A stretch of 64,000 nt of DNA from Bacteroidaceae bacterium (GCA_963620305.1 CAVFAD010000002.1:2086-66085), one strand, 5' to 3'. Shown: positions 1-8,898, numbered from the stretch's first letter. Numbers and translations are program-made. The notes: generated by a model from the sequence alone, not told the origin.

Positions 1-1
1 G

Positions 2-301
2 ATAAAGCTCGGCAGTGCGTTCGGATATGACCTCGGTACGCGCGTTCCCGTTTTTGACGTCAGCGTCAAGGCTCACAAGCAGAACACGTTTTCACGGGCA
101 AGTCAGAACAACGATGCGCTCAATTTTTACAAGCTCGGATTTTTCGATCCGTCAAAAAGCGTCGAATCGCTTGCGTGCATGCAGCTTATCGACATCGACA
201 ACAAGGATAAGATTGTCCGCATTATCGAGGAGAACGGCAAAAAATACGGCGCAGCCGCGTCGGACGGCGAGGTGACGGGTTATGACATCGGTAAGCCTTA
301 A
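2..301 (+). CDS. Phage protein, C-terminal fragment (probably portal, judged by position)
   Basis: Frame 2 is open from the window edge to TAA at 299-301 (...ALNFYKLGFFDPSKSVESLACMQLIDIDNKDKIVRIIEENGKKYG...). It overlaps the next start by 20 nt. The portal call rests only on synteny upstream of protease-scaffold-capsid. Confidence 0.5.
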   Translation: MKLGSAFGYDLGTRVPVFDVSVKAHKQNTFSRASQNNDALNFYKLGFFDPSKSVESLACMQLIDIDNKDKIVRIIEENGKKYGAAASDGEVTGYDIGKP

Positions 302-608
302 CGAGCTTAACTCCGGTATGCTGTTTGAGTGCTCGGGGCATGCGGGCTCGGGCGAAAAGGGAAAGGATATCGTGTGCGCGGGCGTGTCGGCACTTGTTAT
401 CGCGCTCACGGAGAGGATAAACGACCTTGAATGCGAACACCTTATCCGTGTGGAGAGTTTTTATATTGCCGACGGCGAAATATCGCTTGAAATAAGCTGG
501 CAGGATGCTTTCGGGCGGGCGGCTGCGCTCGGTGTGTTCGAAACGGTTCGCGCGGGACTGACGCGCATAGCGGAGCTGTATCCCGAAAACGTGAGCTGCG
601 ATTTTTAG
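282..608 (+). CDS. prp: Prp-type (ribosomal-processing cysteine protease / DUF464-like) protease, phage-encoded
   Basis: GAGGTG Shine-Dalgarno sequence upstream. The motif FECSGHAGSGEKGKDIVCAGVSALV matches the His/Cys signature of the Prp/YsxB family. 108 aa is the typical size. Confidence 0.75.
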   Translation: MTSVSLNELNSGMLFECSGHAGSGEKGKDIVCAGVSALVIALTERINDLECEHLIRVESFYIADGEISLEISWQDAFGRAAALGVFETVRAGLTRIAELYPENVSCDF

Positions 609-625
609 AGGAAAGGAGGGATGAC

Positions 626-1297
626 ATGAGCTTTTCAGGGGAAGGTTTGCTTCAGCTTTTTGCCGAAGCGGGCGAAAACGGTGCTTCTGCCGAGGTGTCG
701 GCGGATACGCACGGCGGCGGACAGACGGAAAACACGTTGCCGACCGTGACGGACGGCGGAAAGGCGCGTACGGAAAACGGTGCCGAAAAGCCGAAAACGG
801 CGGGAGACGGAGAAAAGTCGGAGAAGTCGGGCGGCGGAGAAAAAAGGCGCACGGAAGAAACCGACAGGGGTCTTTTTGACAGTGTGCGCGAGTCGTTCGG
901 GGAGAGAATGAAAAATGCCGAAGCGGAAGCGGTGCTTGCGTCGTGGCGCAGCGAGGAGCAGTCGACGCGTGAAATCTATCCGTCGTTTTCGATGCGGGAC
1001 GAAATCATTAACGAACCGATGTTCGGAACGCTTCTTAAAAGCGGAGTGGGTGTGCGCCGTGCATACGAGTGCGTGCATCTTGAGGAGATAATCGGCAGTG
1101 CGATTCGCTATGCCGTGACGGACATCGGCAGAAGAAGCGCGCTCAAGCCGCGTCTGCAGCCGGCAAGACCCGGCGAAAATTCAGTGCTCGACAGAGCGGC
1201 GTCCGTAACGCGCAGGGACGTTAATTCGCTCACGGACAGAGACATAAGACGTATCCTGTCGGAAGTGAGCAAAGGCGCGAAAATTTCATTCGGATAA
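626..1297 (+). CDS. Phage scaffolding protein (putative)
   Basis: AAGGAGG RBS. Acidic, low-complexity and helical 223 aa, located directly upstream of the capsid gene. The N-terminus LLQLFAEAG resembles a Prp cleavage site. Confidence 0.55.
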   Translation: MSFSGEGLLQLFAEAGENGASAEVSADTHGGGQTENTLPTVTDGGKARTENGAEKPKTAGDGEKSEKSGGGEKRRTEETDRGLFDSVRESFGERMKNAEAEAVLASWRSEEQSTREIYPSFSMRDEIINEPMFGTLLKSGVGVRRAYECVHLEEIIGSAIRYAVTDIGRRSALKPRLQPARPGENSVLDRAASVTRRDVNSLTDRDIRRILSEVSKGAKISFG

Positions 1298-1326
1298 CCG
1301 AATAAGAAGAAAAAGGAGAAAATTTT

Positions 1327-2613
1327 ATGAATCTTGAAAAAATCACACTTAACTTTTTTGCGGCGGGCGATGTGCTCAACACCACGGGCGGTACGCTCGA
1401 AAACGGCAGCATAACGAATGCCGACGCTCTTTCGCCCGAAATGAAAACATTCTACGATAAGACGCTTATTACACTTGCAGGTGCGAATCTTGTCCATGAA
1501 CAGTTCGGTCAGAAGCGTCCCATTCCCAAAAACGGCGGCAAAACCATCGAGTTCCGCAAGTTTTCAAAGCTCCCGAAAGCACTGAAAGCGATAACGGAGG
1601 GTGTTACCCCGTCCGGAAACAAGCTCAACGTGTCCGCTGTCAGCTGTACGGTAGACCAGTACGGCGATTATGTGGAGCAGACGGACATGCTGGAGCTTAC
1701 GGCAGTCGACAACACGATAGTCGAGGCTACAAAAGAGCTTGCGGCGCAGGCGGGACTTACTCTCGACACCGTTGTCAGAAACGAAATAGTCGGCGGCACC
1801 AATGTTATGTATGTTCCCGCCGTCGATGATAAAAACGTCGAGCGCGAGGTAAATTCACGCGCGGATATCACTTCCGACTGCAGGCTGCGCGTTAAGGATG
1901 TGTTCAAGGCGGCTGCCGAGCTTAAGGCGGTTAACGCACCCAAGATAAACGGCAGTTATGTCGCAATAATTCATCCTTATGTTGCGTATGACCTCATGCA
2001 GGACGCTGCCGAGCAGTGGATAGGTATTCAGAAGTACGCAGACCCCGACAAAATTCTTCGCGGTGAGATAGGCACACTCGGCGGAGTCCGCTTTGTGGAG
2101 AGTACCGAAGCAAAGGTATACGGCCCCGCAGAGCTTGCGGACGGACTTTCCCGTCTTACCGTAAAGACCGCCGTTTCGTCTTCAACGACATCCGTTGCCG
2201 TCAACGAGCCTCTCACGGCAAAGACGTTCGACGCGCCCGTTCCCGTGTATGTGAACGGTGAAGAAAACACGGTCACGGCGATTTCCGTCAGCGGCGGCAC
2301 TGCGACGGTTACTCTCGGAACGGCTGTTTCGAGCCTTGCGTCGGGCGACGTTATCTGCGGCAAGGGCGCAGGCAAGGACGGAAGTGCTGTTTTCTGCACG
2401 CTGTTCATCGGCGAAAATGCCTACGGTGTTACCGATGTCGAGGGCGGCGGACTCGAGCATATAGTAAAGCAGCGCGGCTACGGCAACGACCCGCTGAATC
2501 AGCGTTCGTCCGTCGGCTGGAAAGCGACAAAGGTCGCAAAAAGACTCGTTGAGGAATACCTCATCAGAATGGAATCCGGTTCGGAGTTTTCCTCAAGCGC
2601 GGAAACGAATTAA
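1327..2613 (+). CDS. Major capsid protein (HK97-fold; resembles the N4-gp56-type family)
   Basis: AAGGAG RBS, 428 aa. Position after the scaffold gene. N-terminal MNLEKITLNFFAAG pro-sequence. Capsid-like segments such as YVAIIHPYVAYDL. Confidence 0.8.
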   Translation: MNLEKITLNFFAAGDVLNTTGGTLENGSITNADALSPEMKTFYDKTLITLAGANLVHEQFGQKRPIPKNGGKTIEFRKFSKLPKALKAITEGVTPSGNKLNVSAVSCTVDQYGDYVEQTDMLELTAVDNTIVEATKELAAQAGLTLDTVVRNEIVGGTNVMYVPAVDDKNVEREVNSRADITSDCRLRVKDVFKAAAELKAVNAPKINGSYVAIIHPYVAYDLMQDAAEQWIGIQKYADPDKILRGEIGTLGGVRFVESTEAKVYGPAELADGLSRLTVKTAVSSSTTSVAVNEPLTAKTFDAPVPVYVNGEENTVTAISVSGGTATVTLGTAVSSLASGDVICGKGAGKDGSAVFCTLFIGENAYGVTDVEGGGLEHIVKQRGYGNDPLNQRSSVGWKATKVAKRLVEEYLIRMESGSEFSSSAETN

Positions 2614-2628
2614 AGCAGAGGTAATTTT

Positions 2629-2659
2629 GTCGGTCGGCGGACGGGCATAAAATTGACGG
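2629..2659 (+). repeat. 31-bp direct repeat, copy 1 (gtcggtcggcggacgggcataaaattgacgg)
   Basis: Matches 3049-3079 at 28 of 31 positions. Together the two copies bracket the non-coding island in the head module. Confidence 0.85.
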
Positions 2660-2705
2660 AACATTTTACGCAATGTAAATAATCCATGCAATGTCCGTCC
2701 GTCGA
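2634..2705 (+). other. Long RNA hairpin directly after the capsid gene
   Basis: 15-bp stem: tcggcggacgggcat (2634-2648) pairs with atgtccgtccgtcga (2691-2705), with 13 Watson-Crick and 2 G-U pairs, around a 42-nt loop. No T-run follows, so it is more likely a stabiliser or processing element than a simple terminator. Confidence 0.6.
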
Positions 2706-3048
2706 CGGGGGGTTTGCAATCGTTTTTACGCACATCCGCGCGGGCGGCTACTCGTCGCAAAGACCGCTAAGCTCCGTCCCGCGTGGTGACGCGGGACATC
2801 CGCTCGCGCGTCGGCGCAAACTTCGCTTCGCTTGCGGCTGCGTCCCTCGCCGCTAATGCTCACTCCGTTGCTTCTCCGCTCCGAAAAAAGTCACGCTCGG
2901 CTCGGCTGTTCGCTTATAAATGCGCTCACGACGCCTTGCTGTCGCTACCAACTTTTTTCGGTATGTGGCGGTCAGATACTGTGCATATTTTTTATGTACG
3001 TTGGCAATTTACGTCGTGTAGATATGAAACACGGGCAAACGCCGTTCG

Positions 3049-3079
3049 GTCGGTCGACGGTCGGGCATAATATTGACGG
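3049..3079 (+). repeat. 31-bp direct repeat, copy 2 (gtcggtcgacggtcgggcataatattgacgg)
   Basis: See copy 1. Followed by gcgtttttt. Confidence 0.85.
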
Positions 3080-3127
3080 GCGTTTTTTGTGACGCAAATT
3101 CGAATTTCAAAGAAGAGGTAAATACTT

Positions 3128-3343
3128 ATGAAGCTTAAAAATTTAAATGCACTTGTTCCCGTGTTTATTCCCAAGGAGAACAAAAACGACGATGCGCTGT
3201 TTGTCGCGGTCAACGGCAAGCGCATGCTTATCAAAAAAGGCGAAAATGTGATGCTGCCGATGCCGTTTGCCGAGGCAGTGGAAAATTCTTTCGCGGCAAA
3301 AAGAGAGGCGGAGAGCTTTATAGAATCCGTCAGCAAGGAATAA
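3128..3343 (+). CDS. Small phage structural-module protein, unknown function
   Basis: AGAGGT RBS, 71 aa, with host-like codon usage in the same operon. Confidence 0.6.
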   Translation: MKLKNLNALVPVFIPKENKNDDALFVAVNGKRMLIKKGENVMLPMPFAEAVENSFAAKREAESFIESVSKE

Positions 3344-3355
3344 GGGGGAGAAAAA

Positions 3356-3739
3356 ATGACAGCGGATACCGCAATAGAACGCTTTGACGCGCTTTTTCCG
3401 AACGCGCTGCCCTACAGCGAAAAGCTCAACATGCTGTCTGTGCTCGACGGCAGAATACACAGGGAGATACTTTCACGCTACGGGGATGCGCAGACGGAGT
3501 TTATAGGTTATTCCGAGGGACTGCCGGGTACGACGGTGCTGCTTGTGCGATATCCGTTTGATGAGATATACATAAAATATCTCGCAGCCGAAACGGATAT
3601 TATAAACGGCGACACCGAGCGGTATGCAAATTCGCGTGAAGCGTTCAACAATCTTTATGAGGAATTTGCAGCCGCCTACAACAGGACGCACAGGGTAAAA
3701 AACGGTGTCGGACTGACTTTCGGGAGGAAAACGGTATGA
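3356..3739 (+). CDS. Phage protein, possible head-tail connector/adaptor
   Basis: GGGGGAG RBS, 127 aa. Its stop overlaps the next start (ATGA). The function is guessed from position only. Confidence 0.6.
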   Translation: MTADTAIERFDALFPNALPYSEKLNMLSVLDGRIHREILSRYGDAQTEFIGYSEGLPGTTVLLVRYPFDEIYIKYLAAETDIINGDTERYANSREAFNNLYEEFAAAYNRTHRVKNGVGLTFGRKTV

Positions 3740-5610
3740 GACTTGCCGCGCAAAAGCGTATTTCACGTACGCGCCGCAGCATTACGTCGTTCGGCGGACT
3801 TGACCGCACCGCGAATGCGAGCGGGGCAAAGCTCGGACTTATGCTTAATATGACAAGCGACGACGCGCCGTCACTGATGTCGCGCTCTCCTCGCGGCATA
3901 TGGGCGCCGAGCGGACTGCTCGACGGAGTTACTTCGTCGGGTGTAAAAAAGTACACGGATGAGGAGATATCCGCCGCCGCCTCCGTTAACGGAAAGCTGT
4001 GCTTTGCCACCGAAAACGAAGTCCGCGCGGACGGCTTGCTTATGACGGGAGCACAGCCGGACGGCGAAAAGCACACGCGGACGATAGTACCGTTCGGCAG
4101 AAATTTCTTTCTCGTTCCCGACGGTCTTTATGCCGAAAAATGCGAGACGGGCGGGTATAAGGCGCGAAAGGCGGGAGCGGAATTTTTTTCGCAGACGGCA
4201 GTTACCGTGAACTGCGTCGATGTAAACGGCGACACCGTTACGTCGCAGAAATGTGCCGAATTTCCGACTTCGCCGAACGAAAACGACAGCGTTGTGCTGA
4301 CGGCTGAGGACGAAGCGCACGAATACACCTACACGGACGGCAGCTGGGTGAGGGGACGGCGCGTTTATCCGTCGTTTACGGCGGACGGCATCGGTACGGA
4401 GCTGCGCATAAACGACAGGGTCATTCTGAAAAACGCGTATACCTACGACACCAAGCGTACGTATCTCGTTACGGATGTTTCCGACGGATATGTTACCGTA
4501 GACGCGCCGTACAAGGGCTCGGAGACGGAGCTGCGTTTCGGTATGGCGCGGTACTGTCCGCTGCTCGATTTTGCGGTTGAAAGCAACAACCGTATATGGG
4601 GATGCCGCTACGGAAAAAACGTATACGGCGATTTTGTGAACGAAATTTATGCCTGTTCGCTCGGCGATCCGCTTTCGTGGGATACATATGACGGCATTTC
4701 GTCTGATTCGTACACGGCATCGCTCGGCTGTCCCGGTGCGTTTACGGGTGCGGGGGTGCTCGACGGCAAGCCTGTGTTTTTTAAGGAAGACCGTATTATC
4801 ACCGTATCGGGTACCGTGCCGCAAAATTTCCGTGTCGAGGCGGCTGCGGGCGACGGTGCGGAGAACGGAGCGCACGGCAGCGTTGTCTGCCTGAACGAGA
4901 TGCTGTTTTATAAAAGTCCCAACGGTATAAACGTGTACGACGGCATTTCTTCAAGATGCATTTCGGAGCAGCTCGGCGCGCTGCGCTTTACGGCGGGCGC
5001 AGCCGGTGCCGTCGACGGAAAATACAGAGTGGTGCTCAGCGACAAAAGAGGAGAGAAGGCACAGTATGTGTACGATACGCGAAACGGCATGTGGCACATA
5101 GAGGACGACGACGAAAACGCAAGGTTTTTTGTAAACGTCAACGGCTTTTTGTGCTCGGTCTGTCTGGTGTCCTCGGTTACGTCGGACGGTGAAACGGAAA
5201 ATTCGTATATGTTTTACGCGCACGACTGCAGCGCAGCCGAGAACGGCGTGAATATTTTTTCGGACGGCGAGGACAGTCGGTTGGGGTTTATCGCCGAGCC
5301 GAGCGGGGATTTTTTCGCCGAAACGCGGGAGATAACGGCGCAAAGCGGGAGCGAAGCGGTGCGGACGCTTGTCATAAGAGCGGAAAAGGAAAAGGATGCC
5401 GTGCTGAGAGTCGGAATAGTGTGCGGCAGCGGGCAGTACCGTGAAATATTCTGTTCGGCTGCGGATGTGAACGGTGTTTTTTCCATTCCCGCAAGCACCC
5501 CGCGGTGCGCGTCGTTCAGACTGCGATTCGGCGGGCGCGGCGCGGTGAAAATTCTTTCGGTCGGCATTATAACCGAAAAAACAAGTGAGGTAAACGGATT
5601 TGGATACTAA
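3736..5610 (+). CDS. Large phage structural protein (putative tail/nozzle), unknown family
   Basis: GGGAGG RBS, 624 aa, translationally coupled to the upstream ORF. I recognised no motif. Confidence 0.7.
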   Translation: MRLAAQKRISRTRRSITSFGGLDRTANASGAKLGLMLNMTSDDAPSLMSRSPRGIWAPSGLLDGVTSSGVKKYTDEEISAAASVNGKLCFATENEVRADGLLMTGAQPDGEKHTRTIVPFGRNFFLVPDGLYAEKCETGGYKARKAGAEFFSQTAVTVNCVDVNGDTVTSQKCAEFPTSPNENDSVVLTAEDEAHEYTYTDGSWVRGRRVYPSFTADGIGTELRINDRVILKNAYTYDTKRTYLVTDVSDGYVTVDAPYKGSETELRFGMARYCPLLDFAVESNNRIWGCRYGKNVYGDFVNEIYACSLGDPLSWDTYDGISSDSYTASLGCPGAFTGAGVLDGKPVFFKEDRIITVSGTVPQNFRVEAAAGDGAENGAHGSVVCLNEMLFYKSPNGINVYDGISSRCISEQLGALRFTAGAAGAVDGKYRVVLSDKRGEKAQYVYDTRNGMWHIEDDDENARFFVNVNGFLCSVCLVSSVTSDGETENSYMFYAHDCSAAENGVNIFSDGEDSRLGFIAEPSGDFFAETREITAQSGSEAVRTLVIRAEKEKDAVLRVGIVCGSGQYREIFCSAADVNGVFSIPASTPRCASFRLRFGGRGAVKILSVGIITEKTSEVNGFGY

Positions 5611-5752
5611 AAACAAACGCTCCGAAAGCGCGGGCGGAGAAAAATACGAAAAGCTTTACGCGCTTGTGCAGAAGCTTCTTGCGCAGACGGAAGAAATAAA
5701 AAACGAAACGGGCGAGATAGCTTCGTTTTTGAGGGGGACGGTGAAAAAGTGA
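5600..5752 (+). CDS. Possible 50-aa coiled-coil ORF with a TTG start
   Basis: Fills the gap between the 624-aa and 371-aa ORFs and overlaps both ends (LDTKNKRSESAGGEKYEKLYALVQKLLAQTEEIKNETGEIASFLRGTVKK). Non-ATG start and no clear RBS. Confidence 0.3.
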   Translation: MDTKNKRSESAGGEKYEKLYALVQKLLAQTEEIKNETGEIASFLRGTVKK

Positions 5753-6864
5753 AGAAAAATTATACATCGGCGGAAATTCTCGATATGGCGGTAAAAAAGG
5801 CTGCGGCAAGCTATTATGCCGACCTTGACCGCAACGGCGTTGTGGACGTTGCCGATGCGCGCATTGCGCTGCGCCGCGAACAGGGACTTGAGGAGGAGAC
5901 GAACGCGACGCAGAGCGCGGCGAAAAACACTTCTGCAGGTACCGTCTCACAGACGGTGTCCGCAGACACGCTCGGCGGGGCGGACGAAAGCAGCATCATT
6001 AAAAAGGAGCTGCTCGATTCGGTGATTGCCGACACGGGCAAAAGCTATGACATAGCTGCGGACAGGCTCTATGACGAATACCGCCGCGAGTACGAAAAGA
6101 ATGCGCAGCGTGCCGCAAAGAACGTGTACGGTACGGCTTCATCGAACACAGGCGGATACGGCTCGTCATACGCTGCAAGCGCGGCTGCCGACGCGTACGG
6201 ACGGTATCTCTCCGAGCTTGCGGACAAGCTGCCCGAATTTGCCGAAAGCGCGGCTGCCGTCAAAAAGAGCAGTGTACAGAATAAGCTTAACGTTCTCGAG
6301 GAGATACGCAAGCAGGAGTCCGATACGTATTCACGCTATTCCGATTCACTGAAAAATGCGTGGACGGCAGCGGAAAACGGCGATTATTCGTTTATTGAAG
6401 CGTTCGGTGCGGACACCTCCGCCATGCGCGAGGAAAAGGCAATGGCGGCAGCCGTATCCGCCGCGAAGTACGGCGACTATTCGGGACTGAAATTCATGGG
6501 AGTCGACACCTCCGCCGCCGAATATGCGGACTTGCTCGACACTGCGGCAAAAATAGCGCAGCAGGGCGATTATTCGTATCTTGAAGAGCTCGGAGTGAAT
6601 GTTGAGGGACTTAAAGCGCAGGACAGTCTCGAAAAGGCCGTTGCACTTGCGCGGTACGGAGATTATTCGCTGCTCGGAGATTTTTCGTCCAATATCGCTT
6701 CGATGAAGGAAAAGATAAATTTTACGGTGCAGCGCGGCGCAGCCGCAGCATATGCAGCGGGCGGCAGGAGCGGTCTGAACGCTTATCTCGACCGACAGAT
6801 AAATTACGGTCAGATCACCGAAAAAGGAAAGGAACAGATTATAAAAGCTCTCACGCAGAATTAA
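5749..6864 (+). CDS. Phage protein with a dockerin-like Ca-loop and four YGDYS repeats
   Basis: GTG start after GAGGGGGA. DLDRNGVVDVADARIALR resembles a dockerin segment. Four units of about 32 aa each contain (Y)GDYS. Confidence 0.65.
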   Translation: MKKNYTSAEILDMAVKKAAASYYADLDRNGVVDVADARIALRREQGLEEETNATQSAAKNTSAGTVSQTVSADTLGGADESSIIKKELLDSVIADTGKSYDIAADRLYDEYRREYEKNAQRAAKNVYGTASSNTGGYGSSYAASAAADAYGRYLSELADKLPEFAESAAAVKKSSVQNKLNVLEEIRKQESDTYSRYSDSLKNAWTAAENGDYSFIEAFGADTSAMREEKAMAAAVSAAKYGDYSGLKFMGVDTSAAEYADLLDTAAKIAQQGDYSYLEELGVNVEGLKAQDSLEKAVALARYGDYSLLGDFSSNIASMKEKINFTVQRGAAAAYAAGGRSGLNAYLDRQINYGQITEKGKEQIIKALTQN

Positions 6865-6888
6865 CGGAGAAAGGGGACACAGCATATT

Positions 6889-8826
6889 ATGGAAGTGGCA
6901 TCTTTAAGCGTCAGCTTTAATGCCGGAGAACATAAATACAGGGTGATAAACGTCACGCTTGACAAGGCAATGGAGGGCAAAAGCCTGCGCCTTGCGTTTA
7001 TCACCCCGAAAGGACGCAGCTTTATGAGCGGTGAACTTGAGGTGAATGACCTTAAGGCGTCGTTTGAGGTGCCTGCGATTCTTCTTGACGGCAGGGGCAA
7101 GCTGCTTTGTCAGGCTGTTATATACGAAAACGGCGAGTTTGCCGCAAAAAGCCGAATAGAAGGCTTTTATGTCGACGGCTCGCTCGATGAATGGAGCTAT
7201 ACGGACAAAAACGGAACGGTTTCACCCGAAACGTTTGCCGATACTTTAGACGAGCTGACGGAAACGGCGGCTCAGCTGCGGGAGCGTATAAACACGCTGG
7301 AGGGGAGCTGCTTTGCTCTCGAAACGGCTCTTGAGGATTATTCTCTGAAGACCGACCCGCCCGCACTTATCACTTCGCTCAAAAGCAAAAAATGGCTGGC
7401 TCTCGGCGACGGTCAAACGGAGGAAAACAGCTACAAAACAACACCGTATACCGAAACGGTGCAAGCCGCTTTCGGCATTTCACAGGTGCTCAATTACGGT
7501 GAGGACGGCTCCACGCTTGCAATGAAAAGCGCGGACGATACCGACGCAATGTGCGAACGCGCCCGGTCGCTGCCCGCCGATGCCGACCTTATCACCGTTT
7601 TCGGCGGCGGCGAGGACATGCGTGCGGATATTCCGCTCGGCACCTTGGACGACGGCAGTGCGCAGACGTTTTACGGCGGCGCGGATAAGCTCTGCCGCAC
7701 TTTACTTGAAGCATATGTCGGCAAAACGATTGTTTTTATTACACCGACGCAGCAGAATAAGGACTTTGCCGTCAACGGAGAGGGACTTTCTGCGGCGGAT
7801 TATGCGGACGCTCTGAAAAATGTCTGCCGCAAGTATTCGATTCCCGTATACGATGCGAACGGCGAGGGCGCGATATGCACGGCGGTCGATGCGCACAAAA
7901 ATCTTTACACTGCCGACGGACTGTATCTCAACGACGCAGGGCATGCGCTAATCGCGAACGGACTGTTTAATTTTATCCGAAATCTGTCTACCGTCAAAAC
8001 CGTTTTTCTTGAGGGAGAAGCGCAGCAGACGGCGGTGTCGGCAAAAAGTGTCCGTCTGAACAAAAGCGCGGTTTCGTTTGACACAGAGCACAGCGCAGTC
8101 GTTACCGCCGTTGTTTCGCCGTCAAACGCAGAGGACAAAAGCGTAACCTGGTCATCGTCTCCCGACGGACTTACACTTGCGGCGAACGGCAATGTCTGTA
8201 CCGTTTCGGCTTCGGGGGCGGGTGAATATGTCCTGACGTGTACTTCCGTCGACGGCGGGCATACGGCGAGCTGCAGTGTGACCGTTACCGAGCCGTACGT
8301 TGCGGTGCAGAGCGTAACGCTTGAGTGGCTTGCCGCAGAAATAACGGTCGGCGGCGACCTGCCCCAGACCGTGACGGTTTTGCCGAGCAATGCAAGCGAC
8401 AGCTCCGTTGTGTGGTCGACCGACAGCGATTGCGTTTCGATTACTCCGACCCGCCTTGGGTGTACAATAAGCGGAGTGTCGGAGGGTACTGCGACCGTTA
8501 CATGTACGGCGACTGACGGCGGAATATCGGACAGCTGCACCGTGACGGTAAATCCCGCAGTTGTGCTGCCGACCTCGATAAGATTCGGCAATGCGTCGGT
8601 TTCGTTAAAGCAGGGCGCGACGAAAAAGCTGACGGTGTATTTTCTGCCGACAGGCTCGACAGTGCAGGAGCTTGTATTCAGTGCAGAAAACAGCAACGTG
8701 ACGCTTGACGCGGACGGCACTTCCGTAACGCTGACGGGTGTGACCGCCGGTACGTGCAAGGTGACGGCGACCACCGCAGACGGAGCACTGACGGCAAGCT
8801 GCAGCGTTACCGTTCTTGCGAACTGA
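6889..8826 (+). CDS. Tail fibre / receptor-binding protein: BppU_N-like N-terminus, SGNH-like domain, 3 x Big_2
   Basis: 645 aa. SGNH-like blocks are LALGDGQTEEN, ITVFGGGEDM and ADGLYLNDAGHALIANG. Three Ig-like group-2 repeats follow (e.g. VRLNKSAVSF...KSVTWSSS...CTVSASGAGEYVLTCTSVDGGHTASCSVTV). Confidence 0.75.
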   Translation: MEVASLSVSFNAGEHKYRVINVTLDKAMEGKSLRLAFITPKGRSFMSGELEVNDLKASFEVPAILLDGRGKLLCQAVIYENGEFAAKSRIEGFYVDGSLDEWSYTDKNGTVSPETFADTLDELTETAAQLRERINTLEGSCFALETALEDYSLKTDPPALITSLKSKKWLALGDGQTEENSYKTTPYTETVQAAFGISQVLNYGEDGSTLAMKSADDTDAMCERARSLPADADLITVFGGGEDMRADIPLGTLDDGSAQTFYGGADKLCRTLLEAYVGKTIVFITPTQQNKDFAVNGEGLSAADYADALKNVCRKYSIPVYDANGEGAICTAVDAHKNLYTADGLYLNDAGHALIANGLFNFIRNLSTVKTVFLEGEAQQTAVSAKSVRLNKSAVSFDTEHSAVVTAVVSPSNAEDKSVTWSSSPDGLTLAANGNVCTVSASGAGEYVLTCTSVDGGHTASCSVTVTEPYVAVQSVTLEWLAAEITVGGDLPQTVTVLPSNASDSSVVWSTDSDCVSITPTRLGCTISGVSEGTATVTCTATDGGISDSCTVTVNPAVVLPTSIRFGNASVSLKQGATKKLTVYFLPTGSTVQELVFSAENSNVTLDADGTSVTLTGVTAGTCKVTATTADGALTASCSVTVLAN

Positions 8827-8898
8827 TAAAAGCATCTGAAAATTTCAGTGTGACACGCGAGTCACCGAAAAAATATTTTTGAAAAGGAGATGACTGCA

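Noticed and set aside
2783-3092. ORFs of 95 aa and 86 aa inside the head-module non-coding island.
   Set aside because: There is no RBS, the composition is implausible (Arg/Ser/Ala/Cys-rich), and the two frames overlap each other. I treat the region as non-coding.
3871-4875. 334-aa ORF on the - strand, antisense to the 624-aa phage gene. Similar long antisense ORFs occur at 7905-8774, 12573-13289, 16246-17010, 40386-40973, 41311-42948, 45315-45938, 48162-49616 and 53426-54694.
   Set aside because: The translations are Arg/Ala/His/Cys-rich and not protein-like. There are no RBSs, and each lies opposite a gene with clear family motifs. These are typical shadow ORFs of high-GC coding DNA.
6889-8826. 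Diversity-generating retroelement targeting the tail fibre.
   Set aside because: There is no reverse transcriptase gene, and I found no template/variable repeat pair with adenine-specific mismatches anywhere in the window.
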